Shown here: piece after piece, positions 18,502 through 27,580 of the stretch
How the letters are laid out: each line of letters begins with the position of its first letter
How positions within the stretch are numbered: position 1 is the stretch's first letter
Origin: Myxococcota bacterium
Lineage (GTDB): Bacteria; Myxococcota; Myxococcia; Myxococcales; Myxococcaceae
Length of the DNA stretch: 33,878 nt
Assembly: GCA_049322255.1 (NCBI GenBank)
Contig: JBMORE010000021.1
Coordinates: 1 to 33,878 of the forward strand
Direction: 5' to 3'
Translations under genes and position numbers: made by a program
The notes under the pieces: model-generated
Told to the model about the DNA's origin: nothing
What the model saw: only the letters and a program-made list of their open reading frames with translations
The model's database searches: none

Positions 18502-19007
18502 ACCTCCCTGATGGAGCCAAGGCGTACCACCCCACCCCGACACCCTCACCGCTTGGGCGTACGAAAACATTGAGGTCTTTTTACATTCGCTGATCGGATC
18601 AGGAGCCTGGAGCCACACCATCGCGGCCTACGGATTGCGGTCTGATCGGGGTACTGGCACCGCGACCACGAACGCTGCCTCAAAGCCTCTTCGAACTGAT
18701 CTCACGCCCCAGCCATGAACGTTGCGAAGACCAGATGGATGGCCGGAACAAGGCACCACGACCCGGCTTGTGGCTGGAACCAGAAAAACTGCGGGCCGCT
18801 CCCATCGAAATCAATCCACGAGGCGCGCCATGGCTGGTCGTCGCCGGGCCCTCCTGACTCAGCCTCGCTTGCCCAAACGTCGATGGAATTTTAGCCAACG
18901 AAGCGGACTCGTTTGAGCCCCGCCGGCATCGGAGGCAATGGGCGGCTCGCGCGTCTCGTCTCGCGTTGAAGCTTCCCTCCGCTGACCTCCCCGTGGAGCC
19001 AAGGCGT
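18502..19007. repeat. Direct repeat pair ACCTCCC-N2/3-TGGAGCCAAGGCGT bracketing a non-coding region
   Basis: TGGAGCCAAGGCGT is exact at 18512-18525 and 18994-19007. Each copy is preceded by ACCTCCC (18502, 18985). Confidence 0.7.
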
Positions 19008-19092
19008 CGACGGGACGAATGTGCGCATTGAGGGGCGGAGCGCTGGCCATCTCTGGGCAACGTCTGTTTTCGCCCAGCAGCACCACGCTTCC

Positions 19093-22000
19093 TCAGGCGG
19101 ACACCAAGGTGAGCTGCTGGCGCGAGGCGACCTCCACCACCTGGGCGCCCTCGGAGCGGAACAGCTCGCGCAGCGGCGGGTGGCAGGTGAAGGCGATGAC
19201 TTGGTGGCGGCGGGAGAGCCGGGCCAAGACGCGCATCGCGTACCGCTGCCGGTCGGGGTCGAAGTTCACCAAGATGTCGTCGACGATGATCGGCAGCGGC
19301 ACCTTCACCTCACCGAAGTCCTCGATCACCGCCAACCGAAAGGCCAGATAGAGCTGCTCGCGCGTGCCCCGCGACAGCTGGTCGGCGCCCCACTCCCGGC
19401 CCGAACCGTCGAGGATGCGCAAGTCCCGCTCCCCGTCAGCCGAGGCGAAGACGCGCGCGTAGCGGCCGCCGGTGAGCTCGTTGAAGATGCCCGAGGCGAG
19501 CCGAATCACCTTCGGCTGCTGCTCCTTCTCGAAGCGTGCGCGTGCCCGGGCGAGCAGGCCCAGCGCCAGCCGGTCGACGGCGTAGCGCGCACCCAGCTCC
19601 GATGCCTGGGCGCAAAGCCACTCCTCGCGCTCCCTGAGCACACACACTTCCTCCGAGGCCTCCCACTCGCTCACCTTCTGCCGCAGACGCGCACGCTCTT
19701 CGACGTGGGTGCGCTGCACGGCCTCGAGGCGTGCTCGCTCCGAAACCACCGCCGAGCGCTGGGCGGCCACCTGCTCCTCCCCACCCAGCGCGGCAATCCG
19801 CTCGCGCGCGAGCGCAACCGACAGCGAGGTCGCGCCTTCCACGGCTGAGCTGAGCTCCCGCGCAGCAGCCCTCGCCTCGCGAAAGCGGGCCGCCGCCTCG
19901 GCGCGAACCCGAAAAGCTTCGGGGTCGCCGCAGTCTCCCTGCGCCAAGAGGGCCTCCACAGCCCTGGTGTGCTCCACCAAGCTCCCTTCGCACGTGGCGA
20001 GCTGGGCAGCGATCGTCTCACGCGCGGTGGAAAGACGGCGTCGCTCCTCCTTGGCTTCCTCGCCCTTTTTGAGCAACGAGCCCAGCGCGTTGGCGGCCAC
20101 CTCTGGCCCGCGCGCAGCGGCGTTCTCCACTCCGGCGCGGACGGCAGCCTCCACCACCGCGGTGGCGACGGCGGAGAGCGAGCTTTCCTCGGCGGCTAGC
20201 GCCCGCTCCTCGGCGGTCAAATCGAGCAGGCGCTGTTTGAGCGCGGCGGCGTCGTTCCACAGATCCATCGCGGCGGAGGCGCTCAAGCCTGATGGAAAGC
20301 CACGAGGGACGACCAACGCGTCGACCTCGCGCACCAGTTGGGAGAGCGAGGCCTCGGCGACGTCTCGGTCGGCCTTGGCGTCTCGCTCCAGGCGAACCGC
20401 GGTGGACAGCTGCGCCGAGTGGGCCTCCATCGTTTGGGCCAAGCTTTCGCGGCGGAGCACCTTTTCCAGCTCGTCGGCGACTGCCTCGGCACGGGCCGCA
20501 TGTTCCTGTGCGCTCGCGTGGGCGGGCAGCTCAGCAATGGCGGCCAGCGCCGCCACCTCCTTCGACGCCATGGCCTCCTTGGTCTGTAGCTCGGTCAACT
20601 CAGAGCGCAGCCGCCCCAGCTCCGACTGGCGGAGCGCCGAACGTGCGCGGTGGGCAGCAAGCTGTTCCCGGTGGGCAGCGGCCGCCCGGCGTTGCACGAG
20701 GGCGGCCAGAAAGAGCAAGGCCGCCGAGGCCCCCGTGACGCCCCACGCAGGCATTCCTCCCCAGAGGGTCCACGCGGCAGCCGAGCCACCACAAAGAAAG
20801 AGCACGAAGAGCGCCAGCGCCCAGGCAGGAAAAATTTCCTTGGGCTCCGGATCGACCTGGGCTTCGAGAGCCTGGGCTTGGGCGCGCCGGTCGTGCATCA
20901 AGTCCCCAAGGCGTGCCTGCTCGTTCCGCGCAGGTCCCAAGCGCTCCAGGGCGGCTTGGGCACGGCGCAAAAGCGCCGCTGGGGTGGCCGGCAGCTTGGA
21001 CACCTCGGTGGTGAGCCGGCGCACCTCCTCCTCCACCTGCTCACGGCTGGCCTTCGAGGCGCGAGCGGTTTCGTCGCGCAACGCCAACGCCCGCTCGGCC
21101 TCAGTGACGCGGTCTCGCAAGGCCGCCAACGAGCTTCGTGCGGCGGTCCCCAAGTCCAGCTCCGCCAGCGACGCCACCGGGGTCGAAAGCCCCAGGCTGA
21201 CCGCGGCAGCATCGAGCTGGCGCCGACGCTCCTTCAGCGCAGCGGCACGGGGAGGGAGGGCACGGTACTCGCGCAGCCGTGAAGTGAAGGCCTCCCACGC
21301 CAAGCGCAGCTCCTCCTCGGGCAGCTCGCCCTTGGCCGCCTTGGCCAGAAGGGCAAGCTCGCGGTCGGCCATCGAGAGCTGCGCGGCCAGCTTGTCGCGC
21401 TCGGTGCGGGCGGCGCTCTGCCGGGCGGTGAGCTCCTCCAGTCGAGCCACCCCTGCTTCGGGGAAGCCAGAGAGGTCGGGCAGCGCGGCCAGCTCGGCCT
21501 CGACCCGGGCCAACGACTGAAGCTTGGGCAGCGCACCGCACAGGCGCGCCAACGCGTCCTCCTCACGCTGTGCCGACACCAAACGGGAATCGGCGTCGGA
21601 AAGCTCGCCGTCCAAAACCTCGAGCCGGGCGCGGGCAGCCTGGTACTCGGCGGGACGGTCGCCCACTTGGCGCAAACGCTCCTGCACTTCTTCCAGCTCG
21701 GTCAGCGTGACGTTGAGGGCCGTCTTCTTTCCCCGCGGAAGGAACAGCTCGCCACAGGTCTGGCGCAGCGTCGCCACCGCGGCGGGCAAGCGGTGGGCAC
21801 CCTGCATGCCAGCAGCGAAGAGCGCCTCGGCGACACTCCCCTGCGCTGCCAGCCGCTCGAACGAGGCCAGCTCGTCGAGACCGAAGGCGAACACCTCGAA
21901 GAACAGCTCGCGGGAGATGTGGGCGAGCGCGTCGGGCAGACGTGACTCGGGCAGAGGTGCCCCGTCCGCACCACGCACCACCAGCTCGCCCTCCGCACGG

Positions 22001-22263
22001 CGGCGGCTGGCCACTCGGCGTACGGTGAGCGGCCCGAAGTGGGTGGAAAGCTCGAGGGAGCCGCCCAGCTCTCCGCTCTTCGGCTGAAAGCGCTGGGGGT
22101 GGTTTCGCCGCTCGAAGCCGAAGAGCATCGCGCGAATGAAGGCGAGCAGAGTGCTCTTGCCCGCCTCGTTGCTCCCGACGAGCACGTTGAGACCGGGGGC
22201 CAGCTCGACCTTGTAATTGAGGAAGTGGCCGAAGCCGTCGACCTGCAGGCGTTGAATCTTCAC
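19093..22263 (-). CDS. YhaN/SbcE-like SMC/Rad50-family coiled-coil ATPase (AAA_27) with a central hydrophobic hairpin
   Basis: MKIQRLQVDGFG start, Walker A GSNEAGKST, long coiled coils, signature LSRGTREQLYLA, Walker B/D-loop IIVDDILVNFD, H-loop FTCH. Confidence 0.88.
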   Translation of the reverse strand: MKIQRLQVDGFGHFLNYKVELAPGLNVLVGSNEAGKSTLLAFIRAMLFGFERRNHPQRFQPKSGELGGSLELSTHFGPLTVRRVASRRRAEGELVVRGADGAPLPESRLPDALAHISRELFFEVFAFGLDELASFERLAAQGSVAEALFAAGMQGAHRLPAAVATLRQTCGELFLPRGKKTALNVTLTELEEVQERLRQVGDRPAEYQAARARLEVLDGELSDADSRLVSAQREEDALARLCGALPKLQSLARVEAELAALPDLSGFPEAGVARLEELTARQSAARTERDKLAAQLSMADRELALLAKAAKGELPEEELRLAWEAFTSRLREYRALPPRAAALKERRRQLDAAAVSLGLSTPVASLAELDLGTAARSSLAALRDRVTEAERALALRDETARASKASREQVEEEVRRLTTEVSKLPATPAALLRRAQAALERLGPARNEQARLGDLMHDRRAQAQALEAQVDPEPKEIFPAWALALFVLFLCGGSAAAWTLWGGMPAWGVTGASAALLFLAALVQRRAAAAHREQLAAHRARSALRQSELGRLRSELTELQTKEAMASKEVAALAAIAELPAHASAQEHAARAEAVADELEKVLRRESLAQTMEAHSAQLSTAVRLERDAKADRDVAEASLSQLVREVDALVVPRGFPSGLSASAAMDLWNDAAALKQRLLDLTAEERALAAEESSLSAVATAVVEAAVRAGVENAAARGPEVAANALGSLLKKGEEAKEERRRLSTARETIAAQLATCEGSLVEHTRAVEALLAQGDCGDPEAFRVRAEAAARFREARAAARELSSAVEGATSLSVALARERIAALGGEEQVAAQRSAVVSERARLEAVQRTHVEERARLRQKVSEWEASEEVCVLREREEWLCAQASELGARYAVDRLALGLLARARARFEKEQQPKVIRLASGIFNELTGGRYARVFASADGERDLRILDGSGREWGADQLSRGTREQLYLAFRLAVIEDFGEVKVPLPIIVDDILVNFDPDRQRYAMRVLARLSRRHQVIAFTCHPPLRELFRSEGAQVVEVASRQQLTLVSA

Positions 22264-23501
22264 CCGCCTTCCTCCAAGAGCAGCTCGAGGGCGCGGTAGG
22301 CGGCGGCCTCGATCAACTCGGCGCCCCGATCGGCGGTGCGGGCCAACCCTGCACGGGCAAGGGCGGCGTCGAGGCGGCGCAGCTCCTCATCGGCAAAGAG
22401 CGCCTCGCACAGCGCAGGGGCGACACCTTGCGCGCAGGCTTCGGCCACCACGCCCGAAAGGCCTCCGGCGGCGACGACCTGGGCGAGGTCCACTTCGGGA
22501 CGCGAGATGTCGCGCACCCCCTCCAGCAGCACCGGCACCTCCCGCCGTGAAAGCACCTCGCGCAGCGTCTCCTCCAGCCCGGCCAATGCTCCGCTCTTGG
22601 CGAGCTGGGCGTGCAGCGGCCCGCGCCCGGTCAGCGTCAGCCGCACCGCGTGGGCTTCGCAGCCGTCCTCGGGCACGCAGACGTCGGCGATCGCACCCTC
22701 CACCGCTGAGAGAAGCCCGTCGAGCGTGTCCAGCGCGGACAGCTCCAGCGCCACCTGGTGCCAGCGGACGACATCGAGCGGCACAAACCGAGCGTGGGTC
22801 TTGCGGCCCTCGACCTCCACCAGCATGCAGCCCCGGGGCCCCGTCTCCACGACGTGCCGGCCCTGAGGGTTTCCCGGGTAGACGGCGAGGCGGCCGCCTC
22901 CGAGCTCGTGCACCGCGCGGGTGTGCACATGCCCCAGGGCCCAGTAGTCGAGCCCACTCTCGGCGAGGTCGGCCAGGGCGCACGGCGCGTAGTTGGCATG
23001 GGCGCCCACGCCGCCGACGTTGGCGTGGAGCAAGCCCACGGTGAATTCGTCGCCCACGCGATGGAAGCGGGCGGCGAGGTTCTCGGTGACGCGCTCTTTT
23101 TCGTAGGAGATGCCTTGCACCCGGCACAGGAGCGTCTTACCGCGGCGCACCTCGCTCTCCTCCCAGGCGGCCCCGAAGACCTTCACCGAAGAAGGCAAGG
23201 ACAGCCCCCCGGGGTCGGCCGAGAGCGGATCGTGGTTGCCGTGGACGATGAAGGTGGCGATGCCTGCCTGGTGCAAGCGGGAGAGCTCCTGGTGAAGCCA
23301 AAGCCGCGCGCGCACCGAGCGGTCCTTGACCTCGAAGAGATCGCCCGCGAGCAAGAGGAAATCGACCTTCTCCCGCAAGGCAAGGGAGACGACGCGCTCG
23401 AAGGCCTTGAGCGTCGCCGACGCCAGCGTGCTTGGGGCTCCAGGCAGGCGCAGCGGGCTGTCCAGGTGCAAATCGGCCGCGTGGAGGAACTTGAAGCGCA
23501 T
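22260..23501 (-). CDS. Mre11/SbcD-like metallophosphoesterase nuclease (YhaO-like)
   Basis: HAADLHLD, AGDLF, HGNHD, LLH, ALGHVH and YPGNPQGR motifs. ATG at 23501. GTGA overlap with the ATPase start. 413 aa. Confidence 0.9.
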   Translation of the reverse strand: MRFKFLHAADLHLDSPLRLPGAPSTLASATLKAFERVVSLALREKVDFLLLAGDLFEVKDRSVRARLWLHQELSRLHQAGIATFIVHGNHDPLSADPGGLSLPSSVKVFGAAWEESEVRRGKTLLCRVQGISYEKERVTENLAARFHRVGDEFTVGLLHANVGGVGAHANYAPCALADLAESGLDYWALGHVHTRAVHELGGGRLAVYPGNPQGRHVVETGPRGCMLVEVEGRKTHARFVPLDVVRWHQVALELSALDTLDGLLSAVEGAIADVCVPEDGCEAHAVRLTLTGRGPLHAQLAKSGALAGLEETLREVLSRREVPVLLEGVRDISRPEVDLAQVVAAGGLSGVVAEACAQGVAPALCEALFADEELRRLDAALARAGLARTADRGAELIEAAAYRALELLLEEGG

Positions 23502-23566
23502 GGACGAACCGTACCCTACCGCCCAAAATTGCCGCGGCCCAGCGGGCGTGAGAAGTTGACCCAGGA

Positions 23567-25255
23567 GTGATTCGTGAAGCCTTTCAAGACTTGAACCGAG
23601 TGCGACAGATCGCAGTGATCGCCACACGCCACGGCTTCGCCGACCTCCTCGAGCGCTCGGGCGTGGGCCGCATGCTGGGGCGCAAGGAGAAGGTCGAGCC
23701 ATCGGTCGAGGCGCGGCGCGAGTCGGTGGCCCGGCGGTTCCGGCTGTTTTTGAACGAGCTGGGGCCGACCTTCATCAAGCTGGGGCAGGTGCTCTCCACC
23801 CGCGCCGATCTGTTGCCCGCCGAGTTCATCGAGGAGCTGGAGAGCCTGCAGGACGACGTCCCCCCCTTTCCGCTCGAGCAGGTGCGGGAACAGATCCGCT
23901 CCGCCTTCGGCAAAGAGGTGGAGGAGCTGTTCAAGTCCTTCGAGCCCAAGCCCTTGGGCTCGGCGTCGATCGCCCAGGTGCACAAGGCCGAGCTACCCAG
24001 CGGAGAGAAGGTGGTGGTGAAGGTGCAGCGGCCGGGAATCGGCGACCGCATTCGCTCCGATCTCTCGGTGTTGCACTACCTGGCGCGCGCGCTGGAGGCG
24101 GTGGTGGAAGAAGTCGGCGTCTACACCCCGACTGGCATCATCGAGGAGTTCGACCGCGCCATCCACGAGGAGCTCGACTTCCTCCACGAGGCCGCCAACA
24201 TCCGCGCGTTCTATAAGAACCACCTGGGGCGGCCGCACTTCCGCATCCCCAAGGTCTACGACGAGCTGACCAGCCGCGCGGTGCTGACGATGGAGTTCAT
24301 CGAGGGCACTCCGGTGTCGCAGCTCGACCTGACCCAGCACGATCGGCAGAAAATCGCCCGCAACATCATCGAGGGCGCCTTCCGCCAGCTGTTCGAAGAC
24401 GGGCTGTTCCACGGCGACCCCCACCCGGGGAACATGTTCGTCCTCGAGGGTGAGGTGCTGGCGCTCATCGACTTCGGGCTGGTGGGCCGGCTCACCAAGC
24501 AGATGCAAGACACGCTGGTGCAGCTGGTGCTGGCGATCGCCCTCAAGGACGCCGAGACGGTGGCCCGCATTCTCTACCGGGTGGGCGTGCCGGACAGCCG
24601 CGCCAACCTGGTCGGCTTTCGCAACGACATCGCGGGCTTGCTCGGGCAGTACGTGCCGACGACCCTGGGGGAGATCAGCGCCAAGAATCTCTTGCGCGAC
24701 CTGCTCGACCTGGCGGTGAAGTACCGCATTCGCATTCCCCGCGAGTACGCCATTCTCTCGCGGGCGGCGATCGCCACCGAGGGAATGCTGCGCACGCTGG
24801 CGCCGGAGCTGAACATCGGCGAGGTCGCCCTTCCCTACGCCAAAGAGCTGCTCGCAGACCGCTACGACCCCGCGCAGCTGCAAGGCGGGCTGATGAAGAC
24901 GCTTCTGAGGTTGCAGAGCGTGGCCAGCGAGCTGCCGATGCAGCTCACCCAAATCATGCTCGACCTCGAGTCGGGCAAGTTCTCGGTGTCGGTGCGCTCC
25001 GAGGAGCTCCGGCAGGTCAACCACAACCTGCGCACCCTGGCGGCGATCGGCTTTTTGGGGCTCATCACCTGCGGCTTCATCGTGGGGATGTTCATCGCCT
25101 TCGCCTCGCAGCCGTGGCTTTGGGGCGGCGTTCCGGTGCTGGGCCTCATCGGAGCGGTCAGCGCTGCCGGCCTCTTCGGGGCCGCGGTCACCTGGTACCT
25201 CTTCGCCGGTGCCAGGAAACTCTCCATCCGACGGCTGCTCAAGAGGGGACGGTGA
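23567..25255 (+). CDS. ABC1/UbiB(AarF)-family atypical kinase
   Basis: LGPTFIKLGQVLSTR, ASIAQVH, VVKVQRP, ELDF, FHGDPHPGN and IDFG motifs; two C-terminal TM helices. Confidence 0.92.
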   Translation: MIREAFQDLNRVRQIAVIATRHGFADLLERSGVGRMLGRKEKVEPSVEARRESVARRFRLFLNELGPTFIKLGQVLSTRADLLPAEFIEELESLQDDVPPFPLEQVREQIRSAFGKEVEELFKSFEPKPLGSASIAQVHKAELPSGEKVVVKVQRPGIGDRIRSDLSVLHYLARALEAVVEEVGVYTPTGIIEEFDRAIHEELDFLHEAANIRAFYKNHLGRPHFRIPKVYDELTSRAVLTMEFIEGTPVSQLDLTQHDRQKIARNIIEGAFRQLFEDGLFHGDPHPGNMFVLEGEVLALIDFGLVGRLTKQMQDTLVQLVLAIALKDAETVARILYRVGVPDSRANLVGFRNDIAGLLGQYVPTTLGEISAKNLLRDLLDLAVKYRIRIPREYAILSRAAIATEGMLRTLAPELNIGEVALPYAKELLADRYDPAQLQGGLMKTLLRLQSVASELPMQLTQIMLDLESGKFSVSVRSEELRQVNHNLRTLAAIGFLGLITCGFIVGMFIAFASQPWLWGGVPVLGLIGAVSAAGLFGAAVTWYLFAGARKLSIRRLLKRGR

Positions 25256-25259
25256 ACTG

Positions 25260-26933
25260 ATGTCGCTCTTCGTTCTTCGAGAAGGCTACCGTGTGGTGAC
25301 GACGCCCTCCGGCGGCAGCGTCGTGCACTCTCGTACGGGCGATGAGCTGCCTCTGACCCATGAGGAGGTACAGCTTTTGGCCCGGGCGACCGCCGGCGGG
25401 GTCGACGCCAGCGAGCCGCAGCTTCGACCGCTGGTGCGCAAGTTCGCCAACCTCGGCATTCTCAAAGAGTCCGCGCTGCCGTCGAGCGCGCCGGCCTCGT
25501 CCGTGGGGCCTGTGGCCCCTGCCTCCAAGCTTCCACAAGGCGAGGACGTCGTTCCCCTCTTCCGGCCCGATTTGAAGATTGCCCGCCGGGCGTCCTCTTC
25601 GTTGTTCGACGTCTCCAACCCCACCTCGGCCAAGACGTTCCCGCTCTACGACTTCGAGCTGTCCTTGGCGCGCATGCTCGACGGGCAGCGCACCTACGCC
25701 CAAGCCGTGGAATCAGGCCAGCACCTGGGCATCCCGGTCAGCCTCGACAGCCTGGGGCAATTCATTCGCCAGCTCGAGGCGTACGGCTTTCTTGCTCCCG
25801 CTGGCACGAAGGTCGCCGAGGCGGCCAAGGGCTCGACCTGGGCTCCGCGAAAGAAGTGGGACGACGGTCTTCGTGCCCTCTTTCAGAGTGGCCTGAAGAT
25901 GCACCGCCAGGGCCGGTACACAGAAGCCGCCTCGTACTTCGAGGCGATGATCGAGCAAGACCCGCAAAACCCCGAGGCCCTGGAGATGCTCGAACAGGCG
26001 CGCCAGCGTCTGGCCGGGGGCGGCGCCGTACCGCTCCCTTCGGGTGCGGACTCGGCGCAGGTTGGGATCGATCAACTGGTGCCGGACTTTTCCCTGCCGG
26101 GGATGAACGCGTCTGACTCCGCCGCGCCCGCCAAGCCGGGAGCCCACCGGCGTTTTCGGGCGCGGCCGTTGGTCATCGCTCTCGGAGCGGTGGCCGTGGC
26201 CGCGGTCGCCGCCACCTGGTGGCTAGGTCGAGACGTACCACCTGGGCCTGCCGTCCCAGTCGCCGCACCCGTGCGGAAAAACGCGGGCGAATCCGCAAAC
26301 GCCACCCGCCCCGATGTCTCGAGCGCGGCCGACCTCGCGGTGGCAGACGCGGGCGTCGTCGATGCGGGTAGCGTCGTTGTACAGACATCGCCTCCGTCGG
26401 CGGATGCGGGCGAGCCCGAGCCGTCGGCAAACGCCGTCGACGCCGCCCTCGCCACGGCAGACACCGACCAAGATGCACTGCTGGTGAAGGTGACCAAGCG
26501 CGGCCGGGTGAAGAAGGGAGAGGTGCGCGCGCCGGTGGATGGGGCGGTGAGCTGGAAAGCCACCCTCGAGCAGCGGGTTCAACGAGGTGAGATCGTCGGA
26601 AGCCTCACCACCAAAAGCTCCGCGGAGCGGGCATTGACGGCGCCCAAAGACGGCCTCTTCGTTCCCAAGGTCGATGCACAGGCGAAAGCGAAGAAGGGGC
26701 GCGTGCTCGCGGCCGTCGTCTACTACGAGGCCTTCATGCAGGCGTTGGTCCGTGGAGCACAGCCGCTGCCGAGCTGGTCTTGCGAGGTGCTCGACGAGGG
26801 GTTGGGACAAAAAGCGAGCTGCAAGGTGGTGTCGGTGTCACGGCGCGGCCAAAACTTCCTGGTGACCGCCACCGCGCAACCGCTGTGGATCGACAACGCG
26901 GCCAATCCGCAGCTACGGTTGAGTCCCCCGTGA
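25260..26933 (+). CDS. Hypothetical bitopic membrane protein: two PqqD-like winged-helix domains, TPR, TM, DAG linker, lipoyl/biotinyl-like domain
   Basis: ATG 25260, 4 bp after the kinase stop. PLFRPDL…FPLYDFELSLARMLDGQRT…FIRQLEAYGFL; TPR-like GLKMHRQGRYTEAASYFEAMIEQDPQNPEA; TM LVIALGAVAVAAVAATWWL; VRAPVDG…LTAPKDG. Confidence 0.65.
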   Translation: MSLFVLREGYRVVTTPSGGSVVHSRTGDELPLTHEEVQLLARATAGGVDASEPQLRPLVRKFANLGILKESALPSSAPASSVGPVAPASKLPQGEDVVPLFRPDLKIARRASSSLFDVSNPTSAKTFPLYDFELSLARMLDGQRTYAQAVESGQHLGIPVSLDSLGQFIRQLEAYGFLAPAGTKVAEAAKGSTWAPRKKWDDGLRALFQSGLKMHRQGRYTEAASYFEAMIEQDPQNPEALEMLEQARQRLAGGGAVPLPSGADSAQVGIDQLVPDFSLPGMNASDSAAPAKPGAHRRFRARPLVIALGAVAVAAVAATWWLGRDVPPGPAVPVAAPVRKNAGESANATRPDVSSAADLAVADAGVVDAGSVVVQTSPPSADAGEPEPSANAVDAALATADTDQDALLVKVTKRGRVKKGEVRAPVDGAVSWKATLEQRVQRGEIVGSLTTKSSAERALTAPKDGLFVPKVDAQAKAKKGRVLAAVVYYEAFMQALVRGAQPLPSWSCEVLDEGLGQKASCKVVSVSRRGQNFLVTATAQPLWIDNAANPQLRLSPP

Positions 26934-26952
26934 GTTGAAAAGGGAGGTTTCC

Positions 26953-27561
26953 ATGTTCAAGAACGTGTTGATCGCGCTCGTGGTGCTCGTCGGCGGGTTG
27001 TGCGCCTACATCGCCACCCGGCCCGCGGAGTTTCGCGTGGAGCGCTCGGCCACCATCGCTGCGCCCGCCTCGATCGTCTTCACCTACGTGAGCGACTTTC
27101 ACCGGTGGGACGTGTGGTCTCCCTGGAACAAGCTCGACCCGGCGATGAAGAAGACCTTCGAGGGCGCGCCCGCGGGCAAAGGTGCCATCTATGCCTGGGC
27201 GGGCAACGACCAGGTCGGCGAGGGTCGCATGACGCTCGAGGAGGTCAAGCAAGACGAGCGGGTGGACATCAAGCTCGAGTTTCTCGAGCCCTGGGCCGCC
27301 ACCCACCGCACCGAATTCACCCTGCGCCCCGTGGGTGACACGGTGACCCTCACCTGGGCGATGAGCGGCAAGAACGATTTCTTGGGCAAGGCGATGTCGT
27401 TGTTCATGAGCATGGACGCGATGATCGGCAAGGACTTCGAAGCCGGTCTGGCCGAGCTCAAGAAGGCGGCGGAGGCCGAAGCGAAGAAGGCCGCCGAGGC
27501 GAAGGCCGCCGCCGAAGCCGCGCCACACGAGGGCCTGCCCACGCCCGAAGTCGCCAACTGA
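26953..27561 (+). CDS. SRPBCC (START/Bet v1-like, polyketide cyclase 2) family protein with an N-terminal anchor
   Basis: GGAGG SD and ATG 26953. FRVERSATIAAP, WSPWNKLDP, GEGRMT and IGKDFEAGLAELK motifs. Ala/Lys/Glu-rich tail. Confidence 0.88.
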   Translation: MFKNVLIALVVLVGGLCAYIATRPAEFRVERSATIAAPASIVFTYVSDFHRWDVWSPWNKLDPAMKKTFEGAPAGKGAIYAWAGNDQVGEGRMTLEEVKQDERVDIKLEFLEPWAATHRTEFTLRPVGDTVTLTWAMSGKNDFLGKAMSLFMSMDAMIGKDFEAGLAELKKAAEAEAKKAAEAKAAAEAAPHEGLPTPEVAN

Positions 27562-27580
27562 TTCGCGAACGGGCCCTTCG

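Noticed and set aside
18496..19092. RNase P RNA (often near rsmI/yraN), tRNA or CRISPR array in the long intergenic region
   Set aside because: No GAGGAAAGUCC-type RNase P core, no cloverleaf or T-loop, and only two full repeat copies 482 bp apart with no cas genes.
23502..23702. ORF-track N-terminal extensions of the nuclease (to 23702), yraN (to 18621), MFP (to 32283) and TolC (to 33869)
   Set aside because: They overlap neighbouring genes or precede the family-typical N-terminus. Downstream starts fit SD or coupling evidence better.
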